The notes: generated by a model from the letters alone, not told the origin. DNA of 64,000 bases from Raillietiella orientalis (GCA_036172245.1 JAYWIR010000078.1:186001-250000); one strand, 5' to 3'; shown: positions 37,500-51,465, counted from the stretch's first letter. Numbers and translations: made by a program.

Positions 37500-40400
37500 T
37501 CTCCCTTTCTTCTTTGACCTCTTCCACTAGGCAGATGGAATCCTACTTTCCCCTTGCAGCGCCCCATCCTCGTCCTTACCTTCCCGCTACTTCTCGATCA
37601 TGGTGACCATCCTGAACCCTTTCTTTCCTTGAGTGGTGACGAGCAAAGATCCGATCACCGCTCCCAGAGCTACGAAGCGGAACGATCTCCGGGGAGGACG
37701 GAGGGCTCGGCGAAAGCTCACAAGAGGGTCTCCATGACCACGTTGCGTCACGGATCCCTCCTCCGGAACGGAGTGGCGGGCGGAGCGGTGTTTCTCCCAA
37801 GGGCTTTCCTCCCCATTTGAAGACCCGGAAGGAGGGCCCCGCCCAAGTCTCCGGGTGGAACGAGCCGGGGCTAGGCGGCGTTGCGCAAAACCGGGAAGTC
37901 CTGGAAAGGCCAGGAGTGAGGCCGCAAGCTGGCGCGGCGGAATGAGGAAAAGCAGCGGAGGGGCGTAACCGCGCGACCAACAGACTAAAGCCTGAGGACG
38001 GAGAAATTCGCTCTCAGGCCTTAGTCTGCTGCTGTCCTGGATGCCGCGGCGCCCGCTCCTCGCTCGGAGGGAGGAACCACGTCGTCCCTGTGAGAGCGAA
38101 TTCCTGGGGAAGGGGGGAGGGATCACCAAGCTGAGGTCAGTCAGGAGAGAACGCCAGGGACGCACGCTCACTTCTCACGCGAACGCAGGCATCGTCGCCT
38201 GGTCGCCCCCTCCGGCGGGGTGCGTGTGACACTGCCTCTTCTCAGCTGCCGCGGGCACAAAAACCATCCGATAGGGGGGAGACTTCCGTGAGCGTCACCC
38301 GGGAGGCGGCGGGCCAATCGCTGCGCGGAGCGGTGGTCTAACGCGAGCGCCGCACGACTCTTTGTGCTGCCGACTCCAGGGGCCCTCGCGGTTGATGTCC
38401 TTCCGGTGGGTAAGAGGGAAGGCGAGTTCCGCGAGAGATGTCGTAGCACCTGTTGACCCCAAGTTGGCAGGGCGGTGGTCAGGAAACGGGGAGGCCCCAC
38501 TGGAGGCAGAGGACAAGCTGGAGGACCCGTTCTGGAAGAGCGTGTATGCCTCGACCTCGAGAGCGAGAGGATGGACCGATTGGGATCGTCGCCTAAACGT
38601 ACTGGGCGAAGGGGCGTGCGCCTCCCTGCAGTCCCCTTCCTTGACCCTCCCCCTCCTTGATTCACCTTTCCCTGCAGCCAGGCACACTCTGGCACTGCGA
38701 CCGCGGACAGCAGCGACAGGGCATCCTCCTCGGAGAGGGGAGAACAAACTCTCTCACTCTCTTCCCGGTCCAGAGAATGATGCAGACCGTTTCCTCCTCC
38801 CTCTTTCTATCCCTTTTCTTTCCAACATCGGAGCCGCAGTGTTCCCAGGAAGATGGGATTGGCGTCTTCGGGTGCCACTGAACTGGTGCTCAGGCTTGCG
38901 GACGCTTGCACCCCCAAAAAACCCACGCGGCGGATGCCGTTCCCGCAGTGAGAGATCACCCGAACGAGGGGTCAACCTTCTGTCCGAGATGCAGTTCCTC
39001 GTCAGGTTCGCTTCCGCCCAGACACCCGTCGACCCAGGACGGCACCGCGCCAATTTTTTTTCCTCCCCAAGGAGCGCGTGCTGGCTACCGGAGGTCAAAG
39101 AAGGGAGGCGGAAAGTCGTCGAGCGAACAGACCTGCTCGCGCCACCTCGTGACCGTCGTGCAAGAGATCGGGAAGGTCTACCAACCCGAAGGAAGGCAGG
39201 TTCGACCTCTCGAGGGGGGCGCGGAAGACCCTCCGAGGGCTCTGGCAAGCCGGCGTGAACTTGTCCGGGCCAGACCTCCTTGGCCGACCTCCGAGCACAC
39301 CTCCTCGCTTTCCTCCTCCGTCCCCTTCCTTCCTGCCGTCGCTCTAGGTCCTTGCCGATCCTCCTAGGGGAGGAGGAACTATGAGGTAGGCAGCTGAACG
39401 ACTGTCCTGTCTTCGTGTCAACCAGGAAACACATCCCTGCGAGCGCGGATCTTCCAGATACGTACCTGGGAGGTCCATGCGCGCGGAGTAGCCGCTTGAA
39501 GGGGATGGGAGGCAACCGTTGGAGGTCCGAGTGGACCTCTTTCCATGGGAAACGGACGTCGGCATCTTCTCTCCCAGTCACCCCTCGACCCTCAAAACCT
39601 CTCTGGAAAGGGAAGGGGAGAGGAACTTCTTACCTTTCCGATGAACCCTCTGGCGACGAGGGCGAGTGGAGACAGAGGAGGTCCTCTTGGTGCTCGGAGG
39701 GCCGGGAGCGAGCACGACGGAGTCAGGAGCGGAGTCACCTCGAGATCTGTTTGCTGTGAGGCGCGGAGGGGAGGAGGGGACGACACCAGGGGTCTCTCCC
39801 TTTCTCCTAAGAACCAGGAAGGGCATCTGGGAAAGACCTGAGCTTTCTGAGGACCGGCGCGGGTTGTCAGGGGGTCGAACTCTCTGTCGGATAGCACGGC
39901 GGGGAGGTCAGCAGGCCAAACAAAAGCGAAGCTCCCGACATTCGTTTCCTGGGGGAACGCACCGATAGTTGGGTGACACTAAAGACAAGCGAAGGCGATC
40001 TTTGCCCGGAGGAAACCTGAAAGGGCCCGGGAGACAGGGAACACTTCTTTTCTCGGAGGAGATGCAGCCTGCGAGCGTAGACGCTCGTTGGGAAGGCCGA
40101 AGGAGCTCTGAGAAGAGCGCGCCCTGCCTGGCAGCGGACTCGGACTTGCCAAGAGACTCCGGACAAGTCCTCTCATGGGAGTTCGCCGAGCGGAGCATCC
40201 GATCTTCCCCTGCCCCGTGCACCGCATCTGGGGGAAAGCTCCCAAACTCCCTGGAGACGGTGTCCCTCAGTGTTGCTGCCTTCGCTGGGAACCCTGTCCT
40301 GTCACCTGTCGCTCCGGTATGCTCGAGGCCGTCAGTGAACCTTGAGCTGGTCTCCCAAGCGTGGTCCGGACGGAATCGGAGGGAACTTCCCCTTGCACGA

Positions 40401-41900
40401 GCGCCGCACCCCTTCCTCCTGGAAAAGGGAGAAGGGGATGGAGAGTGAGCTCAGAAGATGGGTCAGCTTGCTACGCGCCTCGCGATGCACGGGAGCAGCA
40501 GCGACGGTCCTGCTGCTGGTTGACACCATCCCGGGAGGCGACTATCCCTGCCAGAGGGAGCATGTGGCAACCTTGGGCCCAGCCGGAGCCTTTTGGAAGA
40601 TGACCTTCTTCCCTGGACTAGTGAGTGTCCCAAGTACCAGTCCAAATGGAGCCGAAGGGAGTGGAAAAGGAGAATAGGAAGCGTCCTTTACTTGCAGGAT
40701 GTTCCATCGGCAACTTGCTAAAAGAAGTGAGGGTCGGAAAAAAGAACTGAGGGAGAGATTTCTCTGGAGGCGTGGGGAGGAGGCAGGTGAGACAAGTGGG
40801 GGGCTGCAGGAGAGAGCCTGGAGGCGGACTAACTTTGCGCTGTAAGAGCGCGCGCGCTTCCTCCCAACTCAAGAGGTGGCTCACGTTTCTCGGAGAGACT
40901 CTCGAGCGGAGGGCTGCTGCCTCCTGGTGGAGCCATCCTCAGTTTTCTCGGCAGCGCTCTGAGCGTGCGTGCGCCACGCTCAAGGAAGATGCTCGTGGTG
41001 CCTTGGAGGACTGCAGTGACTTGCGGGACACCTCTCTCTCTCTCGGTCACGCCGGGGAAAGGAAACATGCAAAAGCAGGAGGCTGTTGGGGCTGAAGGGG
41101 GATGAAGCACCCACTCGCTAGTCGGCTACACGGGAAGAACGAAAAGGTCAAAGGAAAGGAGACAAATAACTGAGGAGTTGATGGGGGGAGAAGGAGGCAA
41201 GGCGTTCCTGGCGCAACACAGGATCGGGTTGCTGAGCGCTGTAGCAGCTCTTCTATTGGGGCATCCTCAGGGTAAAGGAGGGCCGCTTCAAGGTGCACCG
41301 AAGGGCACAGCATCCAGGAACGGGTGCGAAAACTCTTCCACTTACCCCGCACTTGGCGAAGCTCGGGAGGGACGCTCCTCCTCGTCCGAGGCTGGTTGTA
41401 CGGGAATCCCCCAATGCAACGCCTTGTGCTGCCGACTGAGGGGAAACCGCTCAGATGGGTCTGATGGATCTTCCTCTTAGCCCTTTCGAACTGAGCACGA
41501 GGTGTCGCCTTTTCAGCCAGCTTGCCTGCAGACCATTCTTCACCCAGGAGTTTTGTTTCTCGCTCTACGGAGCAACAGGAGAGCTCCTAGTTGTCGCTCT
41601 TCTGCTACAGGGAGGACAGCGTGGCGGTTAATGGAGCGGAGATGCTAAGGTCTGCTTCATGTCCCGGCCGACGTCCTCCAAGAAGACCCTTCGCTCTCCC
41701 GGAAGAAGCACGCCCGAGCAGCTTGAGCACTGCGTGCTCAAGCTGCCCGGTCATCTCCAGAGGGCACAACGAGCTGCTCGGGGTCGCGCATTCTCTGCTC
41801 TGGTGAACGGAGAATGTAAAGCAAGCCCGCGAGTGACGCTTGCGTGGCATTCCCGTATCCTCCTTTCCTTCTTTCTCAAAGAGGATGTAAAGAGGAGGTT
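37500..41900 (+). mobile_element. Near full-length but heavily decayed L1/Tx1-like LINE ORF2 (APE endonuclease-RT-zinc knuckle)
   Basis: Motifs in order: GGGITKL, QGRTL, IVAWSP and IGGDFR (APE; about 38100-38290), KLEDPFWKSV, RDSGQVLS (QG.PLS-like), VSLSVAAFAGN (AFADD-like; about 40260-40295) and EQLEHCVLKLP (E..eHl...C-like; about 41715). Confidence 0.55.
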
Positions 41901-44900
41901 TCTTCTCTACTGCTCCGATTCTTAGGGTTTATCCGCTACCCGGAATGCCCCAAAATGACATCAGGAATCCTCCCTACAGCTGGGGCTGTCGCGGTTTTCA
42001 GGATCAGGATCGCTCGGGAAAGCAGCTGAGAATAGGAGTTCGCCAGGGAAGAGGGGGATGCGAAAGCGCTCTCCCCCCGGAGGCCCAGGAGCGACGCGCG
42101 GCTTCCGGAGCAGCAGTAACGCCAAGAGATCCTCCTGAGGAGGCGTTCCTTCGGGCAGTCCCCAGCTGGCGATGACGGATAGAGAGAATTTCTACATGCC
42201 CTTCGGTGGCTGGGAAAAATCCATCGAGATGAAGCGTGGAAGGCGCAGCGCCGAACCTAGGATTTATGGGTGGAAAATCTCAGGGGAACGGGACGGCTTT
42301 GAGCCGCTCCTTATATTCCCTCCCCACCTGACGTTTCATCCCAGTTATTTCGGACAGATAATCCCCTTCGGGGGCAGTTGGGTCCATTTCCGGCAGCTCT
42401 GACCGAGAAATGCCAAATCTCGAGAGAAGTTGAATCGCCGAGGGAATCCGGAAAAGGACAAGAAAACGGTCTACTCCATCTTCGAGGAAACTTCGATGAT
42501 CCAGGCGCGCGAAATTCCTCCCGCAGCCTCCACCGTTCCTGGAGCTGTGTTGATGGCTGGGTGGCTGTGGACGAGGGCAGGTCTGGTAAAATCGAGAGTG
42601 AAGCGCGTGCTGCTGCTCTTCTTTCCTCCTGCTTGGGCGACAGCTGGTGGGGCGGGTTTAAGCAAAGCCGGTACTCGAACCGGTAAATGCTTGCTCTCCA
42701 GCAGGAGCTTTTCCCTCTGTGCCATGGAGGCTAATGAGAGCACTTATTGTGCAGCCATAAAGAATTGTCGTGTCCTGGAGACTCGACCACGCAGGGCCTG
42801 GGGTCGGGCGTTCGGAGGACGCTTAGTCGAATGTCACTATCATCTTGCATGTGGTTGAGCATACGAAAACTGTGCATATCAGGGAGATAAGTATTCCCAC
42901 ATGGGAGCAAGATGGGCATCGACATAGGGGCAGTCTTAGATCACTGTCGTGGGCAGCACTTCCGATGCGACCACCAGGAAAAGGTCAGGCTTCCAGTGTC
43001 CCCACACTTGGGCGCAGGAGTCAGGCATGGAATTACCTGATGGCACAAGAATCAGGTTACATCGGGTTACACAGAAGCTGGCTTCGTGGATGGGCATGCG
43101 ATTCTCATATGCAGATTCATCCATGTTTCCAGGTTTGATCTCCTCCCTGTCAGGGAAGATTCGTACACCTCAAACAAGATCGTAGCTGCAGAAGAGACCA
43201 AATTCGGGATAAGACTCTGCCTCGTGTGCTGGATCGCTGCATTTCCACCTGTACATTCGGAGGCAAGACGCGTCTTCTCACCGATTGAAGATGGCAATCG
43301 AAAAAATCTAAGTGATTCCCTACTAGAAGCTCATCCATGGACTGTACTTCCTCGTCTCTTGTATCAAGCACTACTTAAGAGAAGGCGAATGGTCATCCTG
43401 GGTCATTGACTGCCTTTTCGAGAAAACCTTTGTTACGTTCAGAAGTTCTCGAGAAGAAGTGACCAAACATAGGGAAATCGTTGTCTACCTACAGATGTCC
43501 AGTACCTTGATAGTTGTCACCACCTCAGTTGCCTACAAATGTCAGCACTGAACATCTGTAGACGAATGGAGAGGCGAGAACTGGAGATCACATTGCCATT
43601 CTTCCACATAAGGCGCCTCATAATTGGTTGCCTCCAAACACCCAACATGGCCGCGACATTTAATGGACCCCTAGGCTACGACATCCTCCCGATGATACAG
43701 TCCCTCATGGCATCGATTCCCAATAAGAACTGGTACCCACTGATGCAGTTGTGGACGGAGGATTCTTGAAAACGACAGCACAATCTCATACGGAGCGAAC
43801 CAGAGCACGAACAGGGCATGAGGGTGGTGAAGGTCGTAAAGACCCCACTCCATTTATCCCGTGTAACCTCTCCGCTCACTCCATAGTCAGGGCACGTTTA
43901 GCGTACGTTCTTGGAACTCGGCTCTTATGTCAGCACGGTCGTTCTTGGAATCCAAATGTTTCAACAAGCCGACAGCGAGACCGTTGATTCCTGCTTTCCT
44001 AAGAGCAAGCGAGCAAGTGCGTGCGCTCGGCATTTTCCCTCTTAGCGTTCGCACGCTTTCCGAGGCTTTCCCGAATGAGGAGAACACCTTAAGCATGATG
44101 GCGTGGTTCCCTCTTTTCAGCGTTCAAGGTCCGAATGGACCCGGTTTAAGGAAATTCCACTCCGCTCCTCGAGTCGCTTGGTCTCCGGCAAGGATTCTTC
44201 ATCCTCTCCGTGTACTGCCTCCTTGACGCAGTTCATCGAGGCGTCCTCGCAGCTCCTGGAGCGAAGCAGAAGGTGCCACCTGAGATGGCTTGGGAGATGC
44301 GCGACGGCATTTCATCCCTTTTCTGCGACGGATGGCAGGAACGGTCTCTCATCTGTTTCCTGGTTGGTTCTCAGGAGAACAGGCGGCTGAGATGTGCCGC
44401 ATGGATGGACCATCAGGATGCAGGCGGCGCTCTCTGGAGAGGAGGTGGTTGAAGAATGAACACAGAACGGAACGAACCGCGTTTACCCTGCGCCACTGCA
44501 GCGTGGACGAAAACGGCCGATGAAGAGGAGGCTACTTATGGAACGAACGGAGGCTCAAGCAAAAGGAAGGCGTTAGGGAGATCGCATAAAAATGGCTATT
44601 CCACAGAGGCACCAGGATTCTGCATGCCGCTGCATTCATCTGAGTGGCAGCCACAGGAGAAATAAGAAGGATGCATGGACCCAGGTTGACCTTCGCCGAA
44701 GATGGGAGAGAGGCTGAAGAAGAAAAATTGGTCAGGACCACAGATGCTATCCTCCCGACTAAAGTTCCTCTTCAACCCTCTTTACCTTCACCTGAGGTAT
44801 GGAATGCGAGACTTGTGAGCAAGTCTTCAGGAACAACCAGAGATAGTAAGATCTTGACCAAGGATTCGAACTGAGAGACCCTCGAAGGTGTGGGAGCTCC

Positions 44901-45799
44901 TCGCTCAAGGCTATGACGAAAGATGGGCGTGAGAGACTTTCTCTTCTGCTGTTCCTTTTCTCCAAGGGTGTTTTGAAGTTTCTTCAGCCTGATGGTTAAC
45001 TTGGCTAAAAAACTTCCTAAGCATTCCTGTCATGTCTTTCCTGCGCCTTCCATTCCTTGCACGCGGGAGAGCCTAGAGACGACCCCCCTACTCCCAGGGG
45101 CATGTCGATACTTCTCAAAGTGTGTAGCTCAATGCATCCTGTCACCTCAATGGCAACTCTACTGCCACCGTAGCAGCATCATGGCACCAAACGCCTTCCA
45201 AAGACAATACCCTCTCCATTCTGACGTTCTTCTTGAGGTCAATCACACGATCCCACCTGATGGCACTTGCCATACAGTGCAGCATGCTTGCTGCACAAGA
45301 TGCAGAGGACCCCAGCAAGATACCCTCCTAGTTTCCCTTATCCATACTGATGCTTTCTAGTTTCGTTGCATGAAGCCCTCTCCTTGCTTCTTCCGATGCG
45401 GAGCTGGCTCCTCCTCTCCAGCCACTTCAGAATCCTTAAGACTTCGGTGGGACCTGGTGACCTACTCTGCATCTTTCTCTTTTCACTTCTGCTTGTCTAT
45501 TGCTGGAATTTCAGCGAGCGCTCCTGCACAACCGGGTGTCAAACCAAGGGTGTCTTTCGTGGAAACTTCCCTGCCACTATTATTCCCGATTCCTTCTCTC
45601 GTGGCATCCTGCTCTGAGACGACTTCAGTGCTCGCATCGATTTCTGAAGTTCCTTCCTGGAACTTTGGCTGCGCCTGCACAAGGAAATTTCCTCTCTGGC
45701 ATGCGAACTGCAGAAGCAAGTTTACATCTGTGCCTTTCCTTTGTAAACTGTGTCCTCAATGCCATCCCCTGGATCGAGATTTCCCAATAATATAATGTT

Positions 45800-46650
45800 T
45801 CATCTTTCTTTGTGATTGCTACGTAGTTATGCCGCTCAACAATTCGTGGGATTCTCTGTTCAATTCCCTCTTGGGTGCGTTTCGATTTATTCCAGCTACC
45901 AAGCACTGGTTAAGCATCTTTTGCATCTGTCCAGATTGTATCCACAATTAGTATTAGAAAATACTTTATCCACATTTAGTATTAGAAAATTGTGACGACA
46001 GATAGCGCAACCGATGAAGGGGCAGTGGGATTCCTGAAGAGGATAGCTTTCATTCCTGCCAGCGAGCAACTTTGTGCTTCTAGCATGTCTCAGGAATGTC
46101 TGATGCTCGAACACAGCAGTTTCCGCGCCCTGATGTGTTTATTCTGCCTGTCTCATCCGTCGCGTCGTCGTTTGCCGGACCCGATGACCTGAGGACCCTG
46201 TGAAGATCACTTTCTCCGACGCAGGTGCTTTGGATAAGAAATAAAGAACCGGTCCTTGGTACTTGCTCTCCTCGAGTTGCCATGCCTCGTCCAGAATCGG
46301 GACTGAGCAAGTGCTGTCTAGCGTTATCGCTCTGGAACACTAGCTCCATTCTCTGTTTATAAGCTATTTTAATCTTGCACACGCGTTGGAAATGGATTGC
46401 AAACCGGACCACATCGTGATGCCATCAACGACTCTACTCGATTCCTTCAGCTGTTTCATCTAGTTGTCTGGGAAGTATTTATTTTTCCTTTATCTTTTCC
46501 TGATAAGGTATCTAATCCACCCGCTGTTCATTCATAGCTACCAATCTCCTGATTCCAGTCTGTTGTTTGGTTTGTCTTCTTTCCTGCATCTTGAGCGGCT
46601 TTTGCAGGACTCCTGTTTAAACGAGGCACGCAAAACAAACGTCATTACGC
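45800..46650 (-). mobile_element. Decayed LTR-retrotransposon integrase relic
   Basis: VVDGITMW (vD.ftrw), RAITLDS (It.D.G) and GHRVRQTTT...QAE*THQ (tt.y...qaER.h) in integrase order. Confidence 0.4.
45939..45990. repeat. 28-bp-period tandem duplication
   Basis: tatccacaattagtattagaaaat(actt)tatccacatttagtattagaaaat. Confidence 0.9.
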
Positions 46651-48199
46651 TTCCTTAGTAAGCAATCCACGAAATTCCCTTTTCAGTTTTAGGAATTGTT
46701 TTTTTGCGAACTTACGGTAGCTAAATAGATTTTTGATTTATTGGTTATCATCCTTTTTAGGAGCGTTTCAAGAATTCCATTTTCCAGCAGCCCACAGAAC
46801 GACCCCCACCTCGCTCAGGGCGCTCCACTAATTGTCTCCTGCTCCGAGGATTCTCCAAGGAACCGAGCAGACTCCACATCCTTGTTTTCGTAACCAAAAA
46901 AGTTTGCTTCACTTTTGGTGGAGCGTAGGTTCAAGCGCCCACCGGCCCACCCACACACGGACTTGAAATCGAAAGTCTTCCTGGCAAAGTTCCAATTCCC
47001 TTTCTGACAGGCGGGCAAACACGCTGCACAATGCTGTCCTGCAGCTCAAGGAATAAAATGAGGAATACAGAGCTCAGAATAAAAAGAATGAGTTGCGTTT
47101 TTCTCTTGAGGGGAGAGCGTAGGCAGCTGTAGAAGCAAGCAAGCCTGTGAACAGAGAATTGCTCGTGCTGTTATTTTGTCTGCATCGTTCCTAACTAATG
47201 GGATTTCGTCTATGGATTAGCAAAAACTAACCTATCTAGTCAGCTTCTGAAATAAGAGGAATCTGATTCAAGAGTCAGTGTATTTCGAGAGGGGGGAGAT
47301 CTTTCTGAGTAAATCCAGGACTCCAGCCTCTAGAGTGGTTCGTGGTTCGGCAAGAACTCTTGAGGCCGGTTTCAAGATGCAATCAAGAAAAATGCGACTG
47401 TTCTCAAAAGATGATTAATAAATTGATTGAAAACCAATCTAATAGGAAGACGACATGCAGCAAGGGGAGCAGAAACGGCATTCTGACTTTTCGTTAGCAG
47501 AGGAGGAACGTGACGTCGGCCGACCAGGGAATGAATGTTTGTCTTGTGATCAGCCTGCATCGAAGGTTTTGTGGTTCAGCGCGTGGTACCATGCGTCGCG
47601 GGTTCAAATACTCCGGCAGAAACTGACGCCACTGCGTCGTTGGATTCCGAGTTTCTCCTGCAAGATGGCGCTGGTTGGCCTAAACATTCGGGCGTGGCAC
47701 CGGTAGCGGTTAAAACCGGAGGCCCCCGATGAAGGCCGGAATAATGGGAGTCGACCTTCGTGTCCTTCCAGGACCAAGGAGTGAGGAGTTCCCCTCCGGT
47801 CATATGACGGAGAGAGGACCCCCCACATCGGGGGGAACCCCTTCGTTCAAGATGGAGCAGGAACTTTCACAGGCACCTCTCCAGTTCTTAAAGGAGCGGA
47901 ACCCCCGTTGTGGGGGAGACTCTCCGAGTAGTGCTACGGAGCAGGTGCGTCACCGCCTCTCCAGAGAGTGCAAGGAAGCAAGCGAGAACGATCCCCCTGC
48001 GGGAAAGCAGCGCCCCTTCTGAATTCTCAGAGGAACTTCAGAGGAGTGAACAGGAGCGGTTCTCTTGCGGGCTCCTTCCGCCTCAGCTCACGTCCTCAGC
48101 TACAGCACTGCCCAATCGCAACACTCCACGTCGCTTCATGGGCAGTGGTACCAAGTGCAAGAAGACGTTGGTCTTGTGAAAGCTACAAATATTCATTTC

Positions 48200-50560
48200 C
48201 TGTTTAAAATGTTGCAATAAGGAAGAGCACAAAAGCCTTCCAGGTCATTCTTATTCTTTGCAGGTGTCAATTCGTTGCTTCCTCTCGTAGAAGTAAACAC
48301 GATGTAGAGCATGATGTGAGAGCAAATAAGGAACGGACTGTGCACCAGGAAATCGAAAATATCAGTCGAAGGGCTTACTTTCGACAGGCACAGGAACTTC
48401 GAATTTACCTTTGGAGCATGCATGCTCCAAAGCAAGGAGGCATAGAATCCTTCCGTCGAGAAGCTCCTGGATCGGGGAGTAATCTATGTCCTTCGTTAAA
48501 CAACATACTGCCGGGCTCACTTGTGGTACTCCGACCACTGTATCATCTACGCTGCATGACCACTGCCGTGCGAGTGGGTCTACAAGAAGCAATAAGGAAT
48601 GAGACGAAAAGGTGATGATTCTGGGAGACGGAAGAGCTCCTAACGCGCATCCTCAGCCTCTGTATGCGAAACTTCAACTTCGTCACCAAGGGACCACAGT
48701 TTGGTTGGCCTATCTGATGCAGGCAGTAACGCAGGGAGGATGCGGGCTGGTTACTTCAAAACATCCAATCCAAGGGGACGATTCATGACTCCTTCCGGAA
48801 CTCGTTCTTCAGAAAAAAAAAAACAAAAAAAAACAAACGATCCTACTAGACATTGGCTACTCCCGTGCAGTAGTAGGGAAAAAAGGAATGAGCAAGGTCG
48901 GCTCTTCATTCCAGATTTCCTTGCTGCGAGGCTGTCGGGTCCTCACTGGTGCCTGCTTCCTCTTCCAGGAGGGATTGGAGTTCAATCATTCTCCTGTTTG
49001 GTCTATAAGGGCTGACATCAGGCCACCCAAGTTGTTCAACGACTTCGAGTAGACACTGTTAGCCTCAGACGGCCACTTTTCTTATCCTCGGGTATCTCCA
49101 AGAGTTGTCGCTCATCCATGGCTTCCTAGGAGAAACTTTATAGAGGAATCACAAGACAGAGACTCATTTCGCAAAACACAAGATCACCTACTGGACAGAG
49201 ACGCTGATAGGGTGGAAGGAATCTGATCTGTATTGGAAGGAGCACTCTAGCGACCATATCCTGGTCCCGCCTTATTCCCGCGAGAGGCCTTACCCGCTGT
49301 TTAATCTCCTTCTATGGCAGTTTTCGTCGTGGCTGTCCCATGTGGAAGCTCGGAAGCAGCAATGGAAAGCGTTCGACGAAGAAACCAGATCAAATGCCAG
49401 GAAACTGTCTCTTCGCAGACGAAGGGCCAGCAGCTTCAGTAAATCACTGGTGGCACAATCCCTAAGAACAGCGAAGTGGTCACAGAGTTTGGAATTCTTC
49501 GCTTCGCAGAGGCAGAAAACATGTGGAAGAGGACGATAGCACTTGCCAACATCCGACATGACCAGGAAGTGCGCTGTAGACACATCATGGATCACCGGCC
49601 AAAATGCACGGCTCGAAGGATGTCAGCAGGTTCTCTATCGATGGCAAGATGGCGGAATAGCTACTTGATTACGAGTTAGTAGCCAAAGTCGAGGAATGCA
49701 CTTCGTCATGAAGGAGGCAGAACTTGTGTCAGAGGCACCTGATGTATCCAAAATCCAAAATATAGATCAGATTCCTTCCACCGCTCAGCGTCTCTGTCAT
49801 CCGGTGCTTTCCAAAATGAGTGCCTGGCTTTGCGATCTCTTTGCGAAGTTTCTCTTCTGCTGACAACCGAATCGCGGATTGCAAGCAAACGGAAGTGGAT
49901 CTGCTGATGAATTTTCGCTTTGCAAATTCGAACGGCAGCGCATTGAAGTGGCCCAGCTGATTTCATCCCTGTTTCTCTTCTTGAAATTCTATGCATACTC
50001 TATGCGGCGCTCGTATTCCCTTCTTTTAATATCGCGAACTTGACTTTTCCCTACAACACTGCACTCCATTTAGAATGTCGATGCAATCACAAAGAACATC
50101 TCTGTGCCATCTGAATTGCAAATAACAAAACTTACCTCGCAAAGAGATTGCGAAACTGTGGAAGAACGCATTCTTGGTGCTGCTGTTTATATGGCAACCA
50201 ACGAAAGGCAGCGCCTGACTCCATCGGAAGCAGACCTCACGACTCCCGCTCCGGTGGTCGGCACCTATTTTCGCGCAGGAAACACAGCTGCAACACAAAT
50301 GCCCATTCCAACACAACACCTCCAGATCCCTAGAGGGGAAAAGGGTGGGCCGAATCCTGCGGACTGCTTGAACAAGTAACAGCCTGACATTTTGGCGAGC
50401 ACGGATCACAGGGGAATGCCTCGCAATCCGAAATCCTGAATAACAAGACCATCTCCGGAAGAGGAAACGAGTTCCACTCGCTTATTAATTCGTTATTTGA
50501 TTTTTGATTTCTGATGCGAGAGATGCACTCGATTTCTTCCGGAATCACTGCAGGCAGTTT
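48200..50560 (+). mobile_element. Decayed CR1/L2/Jockey-type LINE relic
   Basis: WYSDHCIIY (APE SDH motif, about 48525-48550), then IKCQ...ITGGTIPKNSEVVTEFGI (KC...gg..l..v...kdLGv-like, about 49390-49495). Confidence 0.35.
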
Positions 50561-50799
50561 TCCTCTCCTTCCGTTTGCATATCATGTGATTCTTTTCCTC
50601 TTTGGAAATTGAAGCGCTCGAAATCCAGCACAACCGTCTGATCCTTCTAAACGAGCAAACGGCGCGAGAATTTTCTTCTTCCTCCGAAACCTCTTCTTCG
50701 GCGTGTTCCCGAGCCCAGACGGAACTTCGCGGCGGCGGGACATCCGCGCGGATACCCTTCCCAGGGAGGTGGTAGGATGGTGGGTCAGGTGAACTTCGA

Positions 50800-51465
50800 A
50801 CATTTTTCATTTTTTTCCCCGGAAAGGATCCCCTCCTTGCACCTTGCTACCTGAAGAGAAGCCCGAAATGAGGCTTCCAGATTTACCCGAATGGAGCAAC
50901 GCGCTTCCTGCACTCTGGAGAGACAAATCCCCTAGGGGGGTATCAACCGGCTCCATGGTACGCGATGGACCCATCTGTTTTGCTGTCCTCTTCATGAGGA
51001 TAGAGTCAAGATGGTCCCATCTGGGAGTCTCGAAACAGGAACTTGCCAGCATCCTTCCAGCACACAGTGATCCCTTCCCGATCCCTGCCCCATTTTTTTG
51101 AGCGTATGTTTTTTGTTTTGTGTTTTTCTTTTTGTTTTTCTCCCTTTCCCTTGTGATGAGAAGGCGAACCCCGCTGATCCGCGAGCCAATTCCCGGCAGG
51201 TTCCTCCTCGTAGTTATAAGTAACGTGGCAGGATCAAACGTCCTGCCATAGATGTGTATGTTTATTTTTTATAAATAAACGCCCCTGAGTGACCGGCTCT
51301 CAACCAGTCCTGGACTCGAATAAGCCAACTAGCGTCATCTTGCGGGGGGGAAACGGAGGGTGAGGGAACTCGAAATCTACGACGCACCCATTTGTCGGCG
51401 TCGATCCTTTCCCTGTTAGGATTCGAACCCTCAGCGCCTGGCAGCCACGCGTCCTCCAGCGCGGG
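50800..51465 (-). mobile_element. tRNA-headed SINE-like element, copy E (partial; filled with LINE 3' fragment at about 50971-51280)
   Basis: B box GGTTCGAATCC on - (about 51419-51429). Body ggagcaacgcgcttc...ctccatggtacgcgatgga is fused to the LINE end FAVLFMRIESRWSHLG plus UTR and AATAAA. Confidence 0.7.
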
